Part shown: one piece after another, positions 37,835 to 49,353 of the stretch
How the letters are laid out: every line of letters begins with the position of its first letter
How positions within the stretch are numbered: the stretch's first letter is position 1
IMG/VR virus record: IMGVR_UViG_3300049719_000183
Location: 1 to 64,000 of that record
Strand: one strand, 5' to 3'
DNA length: 64,000 bases
Origin: a virus
Notes under the pieces: model-generated
The model's database searches: none
What the model saw: the letters and a program-made list of their open reading frames with translations, nothing else
What the model was told of the DNA's origin: nothing
Translations under genes and position numbers: made by a program

Positions 37835-38108
37835 GCGACAAGAAAATACTACTCCGTAGGATGGTCGCACACGGGCCTGGAGCCCGCTATCGACCAGGAC
37901 AACTGACCAATCCCGCTGACTACGCTACGCCGCTCAGTGTCAGCAATGCTCTTCGGTCGCTCAACCGAGAAGGACTGGTTGAGAACTATACCAGATACAC
38001 GAGGCGGGGAATCCGTAGCCGCGGCGGTGCGGATGTTGTGGTCAACTACTACTGGTTGACCCCCGCGGGCGAGGCGCTCGCTAGAGCAACACAGAGGCCC
38101 GATCACAC

Positions 38109-38402
38109 ATGAGCTTCTATGAGATTCCCCGTACGGTGCTGATGGGCCGCAACAGTCACCTGCGTTCCGAGAACGAGAAACTGCGTGCCGTGCTCAAGGA
38201 GTGGCTTGCGGCCACGGATGCCCGCATGGCTCTCGGAAGCAACGATGATCGTGCTGCAGCCAACGTGCGGGTGTGCGCTGCCTACGATCAGGCCTGTCTT
38301 CTCATTCATTGGGAGGGCGAGAAGCCGCCCAAGAATAGGAGCACTCTCAAACGGCGAGATCATCTGATGGCAAACGGTTCAACCCAACTCTCCCTTTTGT
38401 GA
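38109..38402 (+). CDS. hypothetical protein ending in QLSLL
   Basis: Coupled ORF. Confidence 0.55.
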   Translation: MSFYEIPRTVLMGRNSHLRSENEKLRAVLKEWLAATDARMALGSNDDRAAANVRVCAAYDQACLLIHWEGEKPPKNRSTLKRRDHLMANGSTQLSLL

Positions 38403-38674
38403 CTGAGTGGAAAATTACAGAGGCCACCATTGAGGCGGTCAACAAGGTGATCGAAGCAGCCGTGAAGGCTGACTATGATCGTCTGCGTGCATCAGGCACG
38501 AAGCTCAACCCTCTCACCGTGCCGCTTCTGCACCCGAAGAAAAAGCGCAAGAACTACAGCAAGGCTCACGGCTTCCACGACTTCATGGCCGAGGTGCACG
38601 AGTGCCAGGCGCGTCCTGTAGCTCACGTTCCCAAGCGTAGATTCACTTTCGAGGAAGGTACTCATGACCAATAA
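38399..38674 (+). CDS. hypothetical protein with RRFTF tail
   Basis: Coupled ORF. Confidence 0.6.
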   Translation: MTEWKITEATIEAVNKVIEAAVKADYDRLRASGTKLNPLTVPLLHPKKKRKNYSKAHGFHDFMAEVHECQARPVAHVPKRRFTFEEGTHDQ

Positions 38675-39235
38675 CTTAGGAAATAGTCCATCTTTATTCT
38701 CGACTTTCGTGCCATGTGACCTAAGATGGGTCTCATGTACGGAACACTCCACCTCAAAACACTCGTCGATGTCGCCGAGTTTCTCGCTGAGTTCGCCAAG
38801 ACGGGCAGCACCGCCGTCTTCGAGGTTGCCTTCAAGAACAACAACGTCGGGTACGAGGTCAGGTTCACGGGGGGCATATAATGAGCGCCGTCAACCAGAT
38901 CAAGTTCAACGCTACCGTGGCGGTTCGCCAGTTGGGCAAGCGGCGTTACAGCGCTGCCCTCTTCGCCGTCAGGGGCCTGTTCAGGGGTGTCGGTCAACTC
39001 TTCGCCTGATGAACGTCCCCGCCAACTACACCACCTAACATGACAACCACCGATTCCATGACCACCGCCCTCTACTTCGCCGTCCCCCTGCTTTCCGTCG
39101 CGCTGGTCGCTTCGCCGACCTGAGGGCCGAGGCTCGGGCCAAGGAGGAGAGCGCCCGCGGCGACCGCAGGCTCGCCGTCACGCTCGACGACCGCATCACC
39201 AAAATACTCATCAACGCCCGCAGGAAGATTTCTTA

Positions 39236-39703
39236 ATGTCCCCCCGTCAATCCATCGACCTCGCTGAGCAACTGGCCCACCTTCTTGCGGAGGGCCAGTT
39301 TCGCCGTGACAAGATGGGTGCCTTAATGGTGCCTGCTATCGTGCACTCTGAGCAGGTGGTCGCCCTGCTGGTCGCTGCTGGTGCGGATTGGGTGGAGGTG
39401 TCGGCGGGCTGGCTGCATGATACGCCGGAGGATGCGCTGGACCCTGACGCCATGTTCGAGCACCTGCGCAAGGCGGGTGTTTCGCCGAGCGTTCTGGAGG
39501 TGGTCAGCCTGCTCACCCACAGGAAGGGTGTCTCCAATCTCGACTACATCAACCAGATGATCCACTACCCTGATCGCAAGGCTGCCCAGAGGGCCATGCG
39601 GGTGAAGAGGGCCGATATACAGGCCAACCTCGCGGATGCCCCCACGGCGTATGCCGTGGAGAAGTACGGGCGCGCCCTGAAGTGGATGGAGGCGGTGTCA
39701 TGA
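39236..39703 (+). CDS. HD-domain protein, SpoT/Mesh1-like (p)ppGpp hydrolase family
   Basis: H..G QFRRD..P.IVH..V; AGWLHDTPED; VSLLT; VKRADIQANL. Confidence 0.8.
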   Translation: MSPRQSIDLAEQLAHLLAEGQFRRDKMGALMVPAIVHSEQVVALLVAAGADWVEVSAGWLHDTPEDALDPDAMFEHLRKAGVSPSVLEVVSLLTHRKGVSNLDYINQMIHYPDRKAAQRAMRVKRADIQANLADAPTAYAVEKYGRALKWMEAVS

Positions 39704-39902
39704 GGTGTGAAGGTGAAGTGGCCATGAAGCTGAATTTCTACCGCACCCGCCAGTGCAAGCGTGAGGCGCAGGAGGGAAGTTGCTTCTGCCGTCTCCATGA
39801 CCCTGCGCTTGAGAAAGAGCGTGCCGCTGCAAAGCAGGCCCGCTGGGAGGCGCGCCAGCCGCTCGCCCATGCGATGCGCTTCGAGGCGGTATTGAAAAAG
39901 CC

Positions 39903-40802
39903 ATGAAGCCGAAGTCATTCGATCAGGTGGTGGAGTCACTGGGATACTTGGGGTACAGCCCCACGGAGGATGAACTGGCCACGGCCAAGGCCCTATTTGA
40001 GGGCCGCACCCGCCAGCAGGTGCTCTACGGTCCCGCCAAAGCCTCACTGCGTACGGTGCAGAAGGTGATTGCCCTCATCGGGTGGGACCTGACATGGCGC
40101 ACCATTTCCACGAAGTCGAGGCTGGAGCGGGTGCAGGCTGCTCGGCGGGAGGCTGCAAAGGCCTACGCCAGCAGCAAGCCCGAGGACCTTCGCCTTGTGT
40201 TGGCTAAGCTTGGGGACACTCCGGAGCCGTGGCATCTGAAGGCGGCATCACTCCTGTGGAACGGTGAAAACTCCAGCGTTGTCAGGAGGATGCTTCGTGT
40301 CGGTGACAGTAAGGTACAGGCTGTGGCCACTCGCATTGGGTGGGATCTTAGCTGGCGCACCATCTCGCACATGAAGCGGCCTCCGAACAAGGTCCGCATG
40401 GCGGGCATGTTCACCACGGATCAGGTGGTCGAGCTGTACGACAAGCAGGGACTCACTCTCCAGGCGATTGGTGACAGGGCGGGCGTGAGCAGGGAGCGGG
40501 TGCGCCAGATCCTCGAAGCCACGGGCCATGACTATGTAGCTGACCGCAAGAAGCGGAGGGACGAGCAGAAGGAGAAGGACCGGCTTGATCGCAAGCAGAA
40601 GCGCTTTGATCATTTCAAGGGCACCTATGCTAGCCGATACGCTGAGGCGATTGCATTGTGGGACGCCGGTGTCACGACGAAGGCCATGGCAAAGCTGCTG
40701 AAGACGACAAAGGTCAACGTGGGTGCTATCATTCATCGCGGACGCCACAAGTACGGGCTGTTCCCATATCGTCGTCCCGAGTACGGCAAGGGGGTCTCGT
40801 GA
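39903..40802 (+). CDS. multi-HTH DNA-binding protein with sigma70 region-4-like HTH
   Basis: TLQAIGDRAGVSRERVRQIL; duplicated IGWDL[TS]WRTIS unit. Confidence 0.75.
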   Translation: MKPKSFDQVVESLGYLGYSPTEDELATAKALFEGRTRQQVLYGPAKASLRTVQKVIALIGWDLTWRTISTKSRLERVQAARREAAKAYASSKPEDLRLVLAKLGDTPEPWHLKAASLLWNGENSSVVRRMLRVGDSKVQAVATRIGWDLSWRTISHMKRPPNKVRMAGMFTTDQVVELYDKQGLTLQAIGDRAGVSRERVRQILEATGHDYVADRKKRRDEQKEKDRLDRKQKRFDHFKGTYASRYAEAIALWDAGVTTKAMAKLLKTTKVNVGAIIHRGRHKYGLFPYRRPEYGKGVS

Positions 40803-41260
40803 AGAAAGGAGATTCAGGCTTGGGCGGTTGGGAGTTCAATCGTCCTGTGGTCACTGTCTCCCTGAAGGAGATGGTGAAGATGGCCAAGAAGAAGAGCGTT
40901 ACGCTCGATCTGGCTAGGCTGGTAGCTTCCAAGAAATCCAAACAGGTCATCGCCGCCGATCCCTACACGGGTGGGGATTACGATGGCGGCTACGACACTA
41001 CGTCGTGGAAGTACAAGTATGAGAAGGAGGACGAGGAGCCCGCCGAGTGGCCGAAAAAATCAGATGCGTGGATCGAGATGATGAAGCTGGCAAAGCGGCA
41101 GGCAAAGAAGCACGCCATCAGGAAGCCCAAGAAACGGAAGCCGAGGAAGCCTAAGGAGGTGACGCCCACCCCGCCGCCTGTTGATCCCATCACCCCCGGC
41201 AAACGCAGATTTAACTTCGATCTTAAGTCTGACACTTCCAACTCACAACCAACAAGTTAG
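40799..41260 (+). CDS. basic hypothetical protein with RRFNF tail
   Basis: GTG start overlapping the upstream stop. Confidence 0.6.
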   Translation: MKKGDSGLGGWEFNRPVVTVSLKEMVKMAKKKSVTLDLARLVASKKSKQVIAADPYTGGDYDGGYDTTSWKYKYEKEDEEPAEWPKKSDAWIEMMKLAKRQAKKHAIRKPKKRKPRKPKEVTPTPPPVDPITPGKRRFNFDLKSDTSNSQPTS

Positions 41261-41356
41261 GAACCATTAAATTGGAACCCTGTTTTAGTCTCGACTCCAC
41301 CTTCCCAACCCATAAGATGGTCCCATGAGCGAAACACTGACACATGTCATCCGCGA

Positions 41357-41977
41357 GTGAGCGACCGCATCATCATAGCTCCTGGCGTGGCACTCCCCCA
41401 TTACCCGATGAGGCCAATGATGGGTGTGCGCCTGCGCACGATTGAGCAGGCTATCGAAGCGCTCGACTCCATGAGGAAGACGCATGTGTTTCAGCCGAAG
41501 ATGAACGGCGACCGTGTTGAACTGTCCAAGGACGGGGACGGCAACCTCCACGCCTTCCAACGCCACCTGAAGCGTTACACCTACAGCTTCGACTTGAAGC
41601 CGTGGCAGAAGCTGCCCAAGCTAACGTGCCTCGATGGCGAGGTGAAGGACGGCCACTTCCACCCGTTCGAGGCCGAGGCATGGGACGGTGTGAGCCTGTT
41701 ATCTGCCACTCAGGAAGACCGCATCGCTCAGGCTGAGCGCAGTTGCGCCGAGTGCGGCAGGCCGTTCGAGTTCGATTTGGAGAACCCTGTCGGTGCCTAC
41801 GGCTGCACGCTCGAAACCCTTCTCGAAGTGTACCTCGGCGAAACCGACCAACCCCGCAACACGAGTCCCTATTGGGAGGGCATTGTGGCCAAGAAGAAGA
41901 GCTGCCGTTACAATGTTCTCGGCGTCGTGAAGGACGATCCGAACTGGATCAAGCTGAAGTTCTGGTATGCCCTGTAG
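41357..41977 (+). CDS. minimal ATP-dependent ligase-type nucleotidyltransferase
   Basis: Motif I QPKMNGDR, III LDGEV, IV EGIVAK and V WIKLK at the very C-terminus. Confidence 0.75.
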   Translation: MSDRIIIAPGVALPHYPMRPMMGVRLRTIEQAIEALDSMRKTHVFQPKMNGDRVELSKDGDGNLHAFQRHLKRYTYSFDLKPWQKLPKLTCLDGEVKDGHFHPFEAEAWDGVSLLSATQEDRIAQAERSCAECGRPFEFDLENPVGAYGCTLETLLEVYLGETDQPRNTSPYWEGIVAKKKSCRYNVLGVVKDDPNWIKLKFWYAL

Positions 41978-42714
41978 GTGCGGACTTGTTTTTACCTTCA
42001 ACCCTCAAACAACATGATCGTACGCGAAATCAGGGACAACCCGAATCTCCTCATCGAGGCGTTCGACTGGTTCAATGACTACAAGGACACCCGGTCCTGG
42101 GCCGTGGTGAATTGCCCTGCCCTGGTCGATGCTCTCGACCTTGGCCACGACACATGGCTAAGAGAGCACAACGCATCTATCCTGGCATCTATCAGGGACA
42201 GGTAATTTATGGACGGAAAAATCACATTCGACAAGGCTGACTTTGCCTCCGTGCGGGCCGACACCACGCTGGTGCAGCCCACTTACGAGGAGTGCCCGGA
42301 GCCTCTTGACATGCTTCCCGGTACGTCGGTGAAGACCTACGTTGACAGTAAGCTCGGCGAGCCCCCTCTGTGCGGCAGGCTGTCACGCCTCTCAGAGGAT
42401 GGCGCTGTTGTAGTCGGCTACGGCTGGCTCGATATGCCCAGTGAAACATTCGTCTGGCGGGGCACCCGTGACGAATACGCCCGCACCTGGGTGTGCGACT
42501 AATATCATGAAAAATCCACCCAATCCAAACAGCAAGAACAGCCTCAGGAAGGCCGAGCGCAAGGAGTCCAAGCGACGGGAAAGGCTCTACCCGATAGCCC
42601 ATGTGGTGGCAAATCAACTGGGTCAAGCAGAGGCGGAGAGCCGGTTCATCCACGAGCCGAGAAGAAGCGACTGGACTCCCAGCGCGGAGGGCTGCGCAGA
42701 TTCACTTTCCTACC

Positions 42715-43431
42715 ATGAAACGTACCACCCATCGCACGCCACCCGACAACCTTGTGTTGCCTTCCAACCCCGCTGCACTCATGGCCCTTCTCAACGGAGA
42801 CATTGGCAACTTCGCCATTGCCTCTACGCCCGGCGGTATCGAGGCACAGGAGAAGGCAGGCCAGATGGCCCAGGCCCTCAAGGAAACGCTGCCCATCGAC
42901 GGCACCATTGAGACCAAGTTCGGCCGCGACAACCCGAGGGCAACGTGGGAGAAGCTAGGCTTCAAGTTCGGCAAGAAGACGGAGGACATCTTCGTGGAGT
43001 GCACATTCCCGAAGGGCTGGAAGAAGCAGGAGACCGACCACAGCATGTGGACCGACCTCCTGGACGAGCACGGGCGCAAACGGGCTGCCATCTTCTACAA
43101 GGCGGCGTTCTATGATCGTTCGGCCCACGTATCCCTGTGCCACCGCTTCGGCGTCAGGCGCAAGTACCCCGATAATAGGGGAGACCCCCTTACGGTGTAC
43201 GTTGAGGATCAGAACGGCGAGGTGAGCCGTGAGATCGCCGACCTGCCCCAGCCCGACTGGAAGGACCGCGAGGAGTCGAAGAAGCTCTCCGACAGGATCG
43301 ACGCCGCTGAGGCCGAGCTGAGGGACTGGCTCACTGCCAAGTTCCCGGACTGGGGGAAGGCCTGGGCCTACTGGGACACGCCGCCCGTCCCCGAGGCTCG
43401 TCGCAGGTTCAACATGGGAGCAGGAACATAA
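42715..43431 (+). CDS. conserved-type phage protein with RRFNM tail
   Basis: GGIEAQEKAGQ..TDHSMW..RAAIFYKAAFYDRSA. Confidence 0.75.
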   Translation: MKRTTHRTPPDNLVLPSNPAALMALLNGDIGNFAIASTPGGIEAQEKAGQMAQALKETLPIDGTIETKFGRDNPRATWEKLGFKFGKKTEDIFVECTFPKGWKKQETDHSMWTDLLDEHGRKRAAIFYKAAFYDRSAHVSLCHRFGVRRKYPDNRGDPLTVYVEDQNGEVSREIADLPQPDWKDREESKKLSDRIDAAEAELRDWLTAKFPDWGKAWAYWDTPPVPEARRRFNMGAGT

Positions 43432-43690
43432 TGGCTAAATACATCGTACATACCCGGGGCATCATGCCCGAGAGCATGGTCATTTTCGACCATGCCACAC
43501 CCCATGTGGAAATGGTGGAGATGCTCCACGTTCCGAGAGAGTGCATCGTGTCGGCAGGCAGGGTGAAATTCGTCGGTGACACAGCCTACTGCGACATGGA
43601 GAGCGAATCTCTCGGCATCAGGCGTGATGAGCACCGTGAGGAAAAAGATCGCAGGCTGGCCAACGTCACCTTCGACCCGCTATACAGGGA

Positions 43691-43873
43691 ATGATCTTCA
43701 AGACGCATCGTGAGGCCAAGGAGGCTGTTCGGAGGCGGGGGCTGAGGAGCTGGCAGATCGCGGTCGTGCGAGGCCCCAGGGGTGGCAGACGCCCCATCGC
43801 CTACGACCTTACCGACCTTGAGAGGCCTGATATGCCTGGCCTCACGGCCAGGCGGTTCAACTTCGCACAATAG
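43691..43873 (+). CDS. small protein with RRFNF tail
   Basis: Coupled ORF. Confidence 0.55.
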   Translation: MIFKTHREAKEAVRRRGLRSWQIAVVRGPRGGRRPIAYDLTDLERPDMPGLTARRFNFAQ

Positions 43874-46159
43874 TGTTTACAAACAGACAAAATCCTGTTT
43901 ACGTTTCTTCCGTGAAAGCCGAGCCCGCATTCAAGATTGGCCAGCGTGTTAAGGTGCTTGTGTGCCCGGGCTATTGGTATTGCAGGCACGGGATCATCAC
44001 GAGAAAGGCCAAGAAGAGTGCCTGCGTGATTCCGTGCCCGGCCCACTTGGAGAGACCATACACCTCTCGCGGTTGGAAGGGGGCGGAACGTGATTTTGAG
44101 GCCACATTTTCTCACTGGACGTTTGGAGCCCACGCTACTGCACGACGTAAGGCATTGGGCCTCGCCTCTTGGGGCTTTCGTGTGCCCTACGTGGACATCG
44201 TGCCCGAGTCGGAGGCAAAACTATGAAGGCTACCATCAAAATCAACATGGACAACGCAGCGTTTGAGCCTGACTTCAATGTCGAGCTTGCACGCTTGCTC
44301 GAAGCAGTTGCCGCCCGCATACGGGACGTTGGATGCAGCGGCGCGGGCTCCAAACGTCCGATCAGCGACATCAATGGAAATCTGGTTGGGGGGCTCGCCA
44401 TATCGAAGTGAAGGTGTTCGACTCCATCGTTACTGAGGCCGAGATCGCCTGCGTGCTCCAGCGCATGAGGGCGAAGCCTTTCACTCTGTCCGATCTGAGA
44501 CAGGCGGCTGACGATGCGGGCGTTGTCTACACCTACGAGTTCTGTTGCCGTCTCATCAATAAGCACCGCAGCGAACTTCGCCCAGTCACAGGCCGAAACA
44601 TCCGCCCTCGCACCTGGGAGTGGGTGGGTGAGGCCACAAAGCACGAAAGGGAACTCCCGAGATGGCACGCACCATGAAATTCTACAAGATGACTCCTGTC
44701 ACCATCGACCTTGTCAAGGAGCGTCGATATGTGGCTATGCACGACGCCCACTGGCTCAACATTCCTCGCAGGAAACGCGGGGCTGCATTGAAGCGCAAGA
44801 GCGAGCTTCGCAAGTGGCACACCCCTGCGGACTGCGCCCGCCTCCACCAACTCCTCGATCTTGTGGAGAAGGGCAAACTTATGGACGCTGTGGCTGCCAC
44901 CCGCAAGTGGCCGGGGTCCCTGAGGGAGGCTATCAGCGAGGAGATATGGGACATGCTCTGGAACGTCTCCAGGGACGAAGCCCGTTACCTCATCATGGCC
45001 GAATGAGAAGTAACGGAACCTATGCCTCCCGTGACTAGAAATGCCCACTTCGCCACGATCAAAAACCCCTGGAAAGGCAAGTCCATGCAGAGGTCTTCGC
45101 CCGAAGTGGGAGGAGACGTACAAGTGCGGCTGCGTGGCGGGAGCGCCCCGCAAGAGGGAACTTCTGGGATATTGCGCGAAGCACGGAACCGACCGAGAGG
45201 GAATCCCGTGGAACAACGAGGAGAACCAGGTGGTAGACGGAGTGACGTACGCAGCGCACAACCCGACAATTCGGTCTGCTCGGAAGATTTATCTCGGCCA
45301 CCTGTTTCGCAGGCTGGCCCAGGGACCGGATTGAACCGCACCGAGGATCGATGGGCTTGGAACCTCGTACGCATTGGCATCCGTAAATCTGCCGTTTCCT
45401 ACATCGTGAAGATCACAGGATGCAGTCTCCAGGAAGCCCGTTCTTACGTCCGACAACTTGCCACCAAAAAATTGTAAACTATTTCTGTTTACATTAAACA
45501 GGATTTGTGATCCCACTCAAACACCGTCAATTATGGATACCAACATCACGCCCATCACGCCCGAACAGCGAGCCGCACGCTGGGGGTTGTTCGCCAAGAT
45601 CGCCGTCTTTGCCATAGGCGGTCTTCTGTTCTACAAGATCGCTGTCGCTACCGTTGTCGGGATGATAGGCCTCATCGTCGCCGCCGTCATCGGGGCTCTC
45701 TTCATTGCATTCCTCCCCATCGTGGGACGGCTGGTCTCAATCTATCGGCTCAACGAGGACGCCACCACCGCAGCCAACGAGGCCGTGGATCGTTGCTACC
45801 CCAACCCCACCTGATGCTCACTGCCAAGGCCATCATGAAGGTGCAGAAGATGCGGGACCAGATGCCTGTGGTCCGCCACATTCCACGCAAGAAGAGCAGC
45901 CTGAAACCCTCAGGACGCCGCTATCGCTCGGTGCAGGCACTGATCTCGGAGCAGGCCATTCCCGACTCCTTCAGCTATCACGAGATGATGGACCGTGTGT
46001 CCATCTACAATGGGTTGGTGGACGATCTGGTCACACATCCCGTGGCCGTGAAGCACACAAGTATTCGCCTGCTTGCCATCGAGGCCACACAGGTGCTCAC
46101 GGCCCTCTACGAAGAGGCTGTCAAACTGCATCCTGGCCAACCACAACCATAAACCCAAA

Positions 46160-46675
46160 ATGAAGATCGATACCAGAATCACAATCGCCCGACTCAATCG
46201 TGAGGCCGAGCAGTACGAACGGGACGCCGCCATCTGCAGGAAAGCGGCTGAGGAGCTTGGAGCCACCGAGAAACTGCTGCGGGAGATTGACACCCGCATC
46301 GCCACACCCACGGCGGTGATCGAGCCCCCGAAGCACAAGGTGATCAAGAAGGCCAAGAAGCGGCCAAGCAAGTACACTGTCGCTAGGACCAAGCGGGCGC
46401 TGTATTCCAGTCCCCAGGTGGTCGCCGCTGCCTGCCGTCAGGTGTTCGCCAACAACCCTGACAAGCCCATCTTCAGGACGAAAACGCTGAAGAACGAGGT
46501 GCGCAAGATCGAGGGCGTCACCGTTCGGAGCAATCGCACGCTCGGCCAGATGCTGAAGAAGTTCCAGGAGTTCCGGCGCGGCGAGGACAAGGCGACCTGG
46601 TGCTGCCCGAGCATCACCCCCGTCCCGATCCACACTGAGCCGCAGGCCACCCTGGCCGCTGTCGGAGGTGCCTAG
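46160..46675 (+). CDS. basic hypothetical protein
   Basis: Likely start MKIDTRI. Confidence 0.6.
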   Translation: MKIDTRITIARLNREAEQYERDAAICRKAAEELGATEKLLREIDTRIATPTAVIEPPKHKVIKKAKKRPSKYTVARTKRALYSSPQVVAAACRQVFANNPDKPIFRTKTLKNEVRKIEGVTVRSNRTLGQMLKKFQEFRRGEDKATWCCPSITPVPIHTEPQATLAAVGGA

Positions 46676-46698
46676 GCCCCTACTCGTCCACCAGCGCC

Positions 46699-47172
46699 AT
46701 GACAATCCCAGACGTTCCTGATCATCGCACCAAGCCCCTCAAGACGAGGGGTATGAAGGTGGTCATCAACAATTGCTTCGGGGGCTTCTCACTCTCGGAG
46801 GTGGCTGTCATGCGGCTGGTGGACGAGCAGTTTCCCTTGGAGAGCTGGCCTTGGGATCCAAACGAGAAATTCAACGTATCCATAGGCAGGGCAACGCAGG
46901 CGCACGATCTCGGCAACGGCTGGGTGCGCTATGGCGACAGCAGCATGTTCAGCAGCCTTGTGAAGAACGGCATGGTGTACAGCAGCCATCTCAGTGACGA
47001 CAAGCTGCGGGCCGATCCTCGCCTCGTTAGGCTGGTGGAAGAGATGGGAGATGATGCTTGTGGTCCCTGTGCGGATCTGAAGGTGGTAGTCATTCCCGAG
47101 GGCGTGGACTACGTCATCGAGGAGTACAATGGCTCGGAAACGGTGGCTGAGAAACACAGGACGTGGTCATGA
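46699..47172 (+). CDS. conserved-type phage hypothetical protein
   Basis: KVVINNCFGGFSLS..RADPRLVRLVEE..IEEYNGSE. Confidence 0.75.
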   Translation: MTIPDVPDHRTKPLKTRGMKVVINNCFGGFSLSEVAVMRLVDEQFPLESWPWDPNEKFNVSIGRATQAHDLGNGWVRYGDSSMFSSLVKNGMVYSSHLSDDKLRADPRLVRLVEEMGDDACGPCADLKVVVIPEGVDYVIEEYNGSETVAEKHRTWS

Positions 47173-48817
47173 ACTGCCCCTATTGTGACCGTGTCATCAA
47201 CGCGTGGACAGGCTTGCAGGAGCTTCAGAAGTTCCAGAAGCATCTGGGAAAGTGCCGCAAGAACCCGGCCAACTTTCCCCTTCCCCTGAGGGGCGGCAGG
47301 AGACTCATCTCCCCCTCCTGTCCCACCATGAACGACGCCCTCATCCTGAGGCACGAAAGCGGCCAATGATCACTGACACCACTCTTAGCAACATCGGCAC
47401 TATAATCCGCGATTACCACCAGCGGGGCTACCCCATGGTGTTTGTGCCCGAGCACTGGCCTCAGTTGGTGGCCGAGATAAAACGGCTGCAGGAGTTCGAG
47501 AAGAACGAGTTGGTGGCCCGTGTACAGAGGGCGGAACAGTTGGATGAGATTCTGACCACCCTTCGGCGCATTGAAGCCGCTTTCGACAGGAGGATACGAC
47601 CAGAATGAGCCTCAGCGTCCATCCGAGCCCCCGCCTCAACAGGCAGTTGGCCATGAAGGAGCCTAGCAAGCTCGCTCAGGCCATTACCTGTGAGTTCATT
47701 GCCTGTCCTGCCAGGGATGGCAAGCTGTCCCATCTCGGCACCCGCATGGCCCACATCGTGGACGCCCACTTGGAGAACCTGCTAAAGGTGGCCACGCTGG
47801 GCAGTGACATCGAGCACGCACAGGAGAACATCAAGCACGCCACCCCCACGCCGTGAAGCCCGCCACCAAACCCTGTCCCTTCTGCGCCAACCCTCCCAGG
47901 TGGAGCTTTGAGCCCGTCACCGTGGATCACACGGAAGGCACTGTGGATCGCATTGGCTGCCCGTCCATCCATGTCTCTCTGGCCTGCGGGTGCAGGGCGC
48001 ATCCCCATGTGGAGGCTAACGCTGATTTCTCAGACGGCATTTACAGGAGTGACTACTGGCTCCCCGGCACTCTTGAGTCCACCGTGCAAGACGTGGCCAA
48101 CATCTGGAACACACAGAGACCGTGACCATCCTCGTTTACACGTCGCGAGAGCATCTCTGCACCTATCAGTCGGACATCATGCCTCGACTCGAAGAGAAGT
48201 TGGTGGGCATCCCAGGGCACGAGCACACTCCGTGGGTGGTGGGGGCCGTCGAGCACATCGTACCTATTGCACCAGACAAGCACCAGACGGCGGTGAAGGT
48301 AATTGTTTCCAGCCAGAGATGAAAACTCTCAAATGTGATCAAGCCCTTGTCAGTTTCTTCTCCGTCCTGAGCGGCGGATTCCTCGATCCTACCCATTGGG
48401 AGAAGGCTGAGAAGGTGGCTATATTCAGGCTGCAGGCCGAAAAGCGGGGCTGCATGCAAGGCCCTCCTGCTGTCCCACAAGTTGGTGAAATACATCTCTG
48501 AGGAGGAAAGTACCCACAAAAAGGCGCTGTAGTGACCCTCTACCACCCCGCCCCCAAGTTAAAGCATTTTCCATTTGCAAGTGGAAACCACTTTTACCTG
48601 TTGAGCACCAGGAATGAACGCAGGTAAAAACACCAACTAGACATGTCACTATTCCAGCCCACCGATCCGAAGGACTTGGAGATTGAGCGGCTGACTACCG
48701 AGCGTACCCGGATGGTGCAGTGGGGGAACTTGGAGCGGGTGCCCGAGTTGGACCAGCACATCCACCGGCTGCGGGAGATGAAGCACCGGGAGAGGTTGGC
48801 GAGGGAGAATGCCAGGT

Positions 48818-49124
48818 AACCCAAAGCGCATCTTCAACCTCATCGGCCCCACTCCACTCCGTCCGATGATGGCCATAAAGGTTGTGCCCGATACTCCTAA
48901 TCCTTAAGGATTAAGGAACACTGTAAACAAATACTGTTTACAAAAACAGTATTGGCCTTATGATGCGAGTCATGAGGTACGAAGTCGTTGTCGGAAACAT
49001 CGGAACAGTGTACTCGGGATCCAATGAGCGCCAAGCTCAGAAGGATTACGTCGAGTACGTCGAGCAGTCCAAAACCAACTATGGGCGGGCTGCGGGCGAG
49101 AGTGTAACCTTCTTCAAGGACGGT
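48818..49124 (+). repeat. chimeric duplicate of 37120-37175 + 37525-37777
   Basis: Exact identity; the blocks are joined at a GC microhomology at 48872-73. Confidence 0.95.
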
Positions 49125-49313
49125 TACGCTGTCAAATCAAGTACGTGGTGGGGGGTTCTGGCCGCCGTGAAATTCCCGCCCACGGTGTCAGAGGTGGCCT
49201 CACTGAGGGCTGAGAACGAACGGCTGAAGAAGCAACTGCGTCCGTCGGAACCAGAGGCCCCACCGCCTCCCATCGAGACGCCACCTAGGAGGTTTAGCTT
49301 CCAGCACACATAG
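48972..49313 (+). CDS. chimeric gene: duplicated N-terminus plus a new C-terminus ending RRFSF
   Basis: Identical to the 37625 gene up to FFKDG. Confidence 0.65.
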   Translation: MRYEVVVGNIGTVYSGSNERQAQKDYVEYVEQSKTNYGRAAGESVTFFKDGYAVKSSTWWGVLAAVKFPPTVSEVASLRAENERLKKQLRPSEPEAPPPPIETPPRRFSFQHT

Positions 49314-49353
49314 TTTCCACTACAATTCTCAATTTAACTTTAGATTCCTTATC

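Noticed and set aside
37120-49124. Duplicated block as a DGR template/variable repeat pair or phage terminal repeat
   Set aside because: The copies are identical with no adenine-specific changes, no reverse transcriptase is in the window, and the copies are internal and only about 11.5 kb apart.
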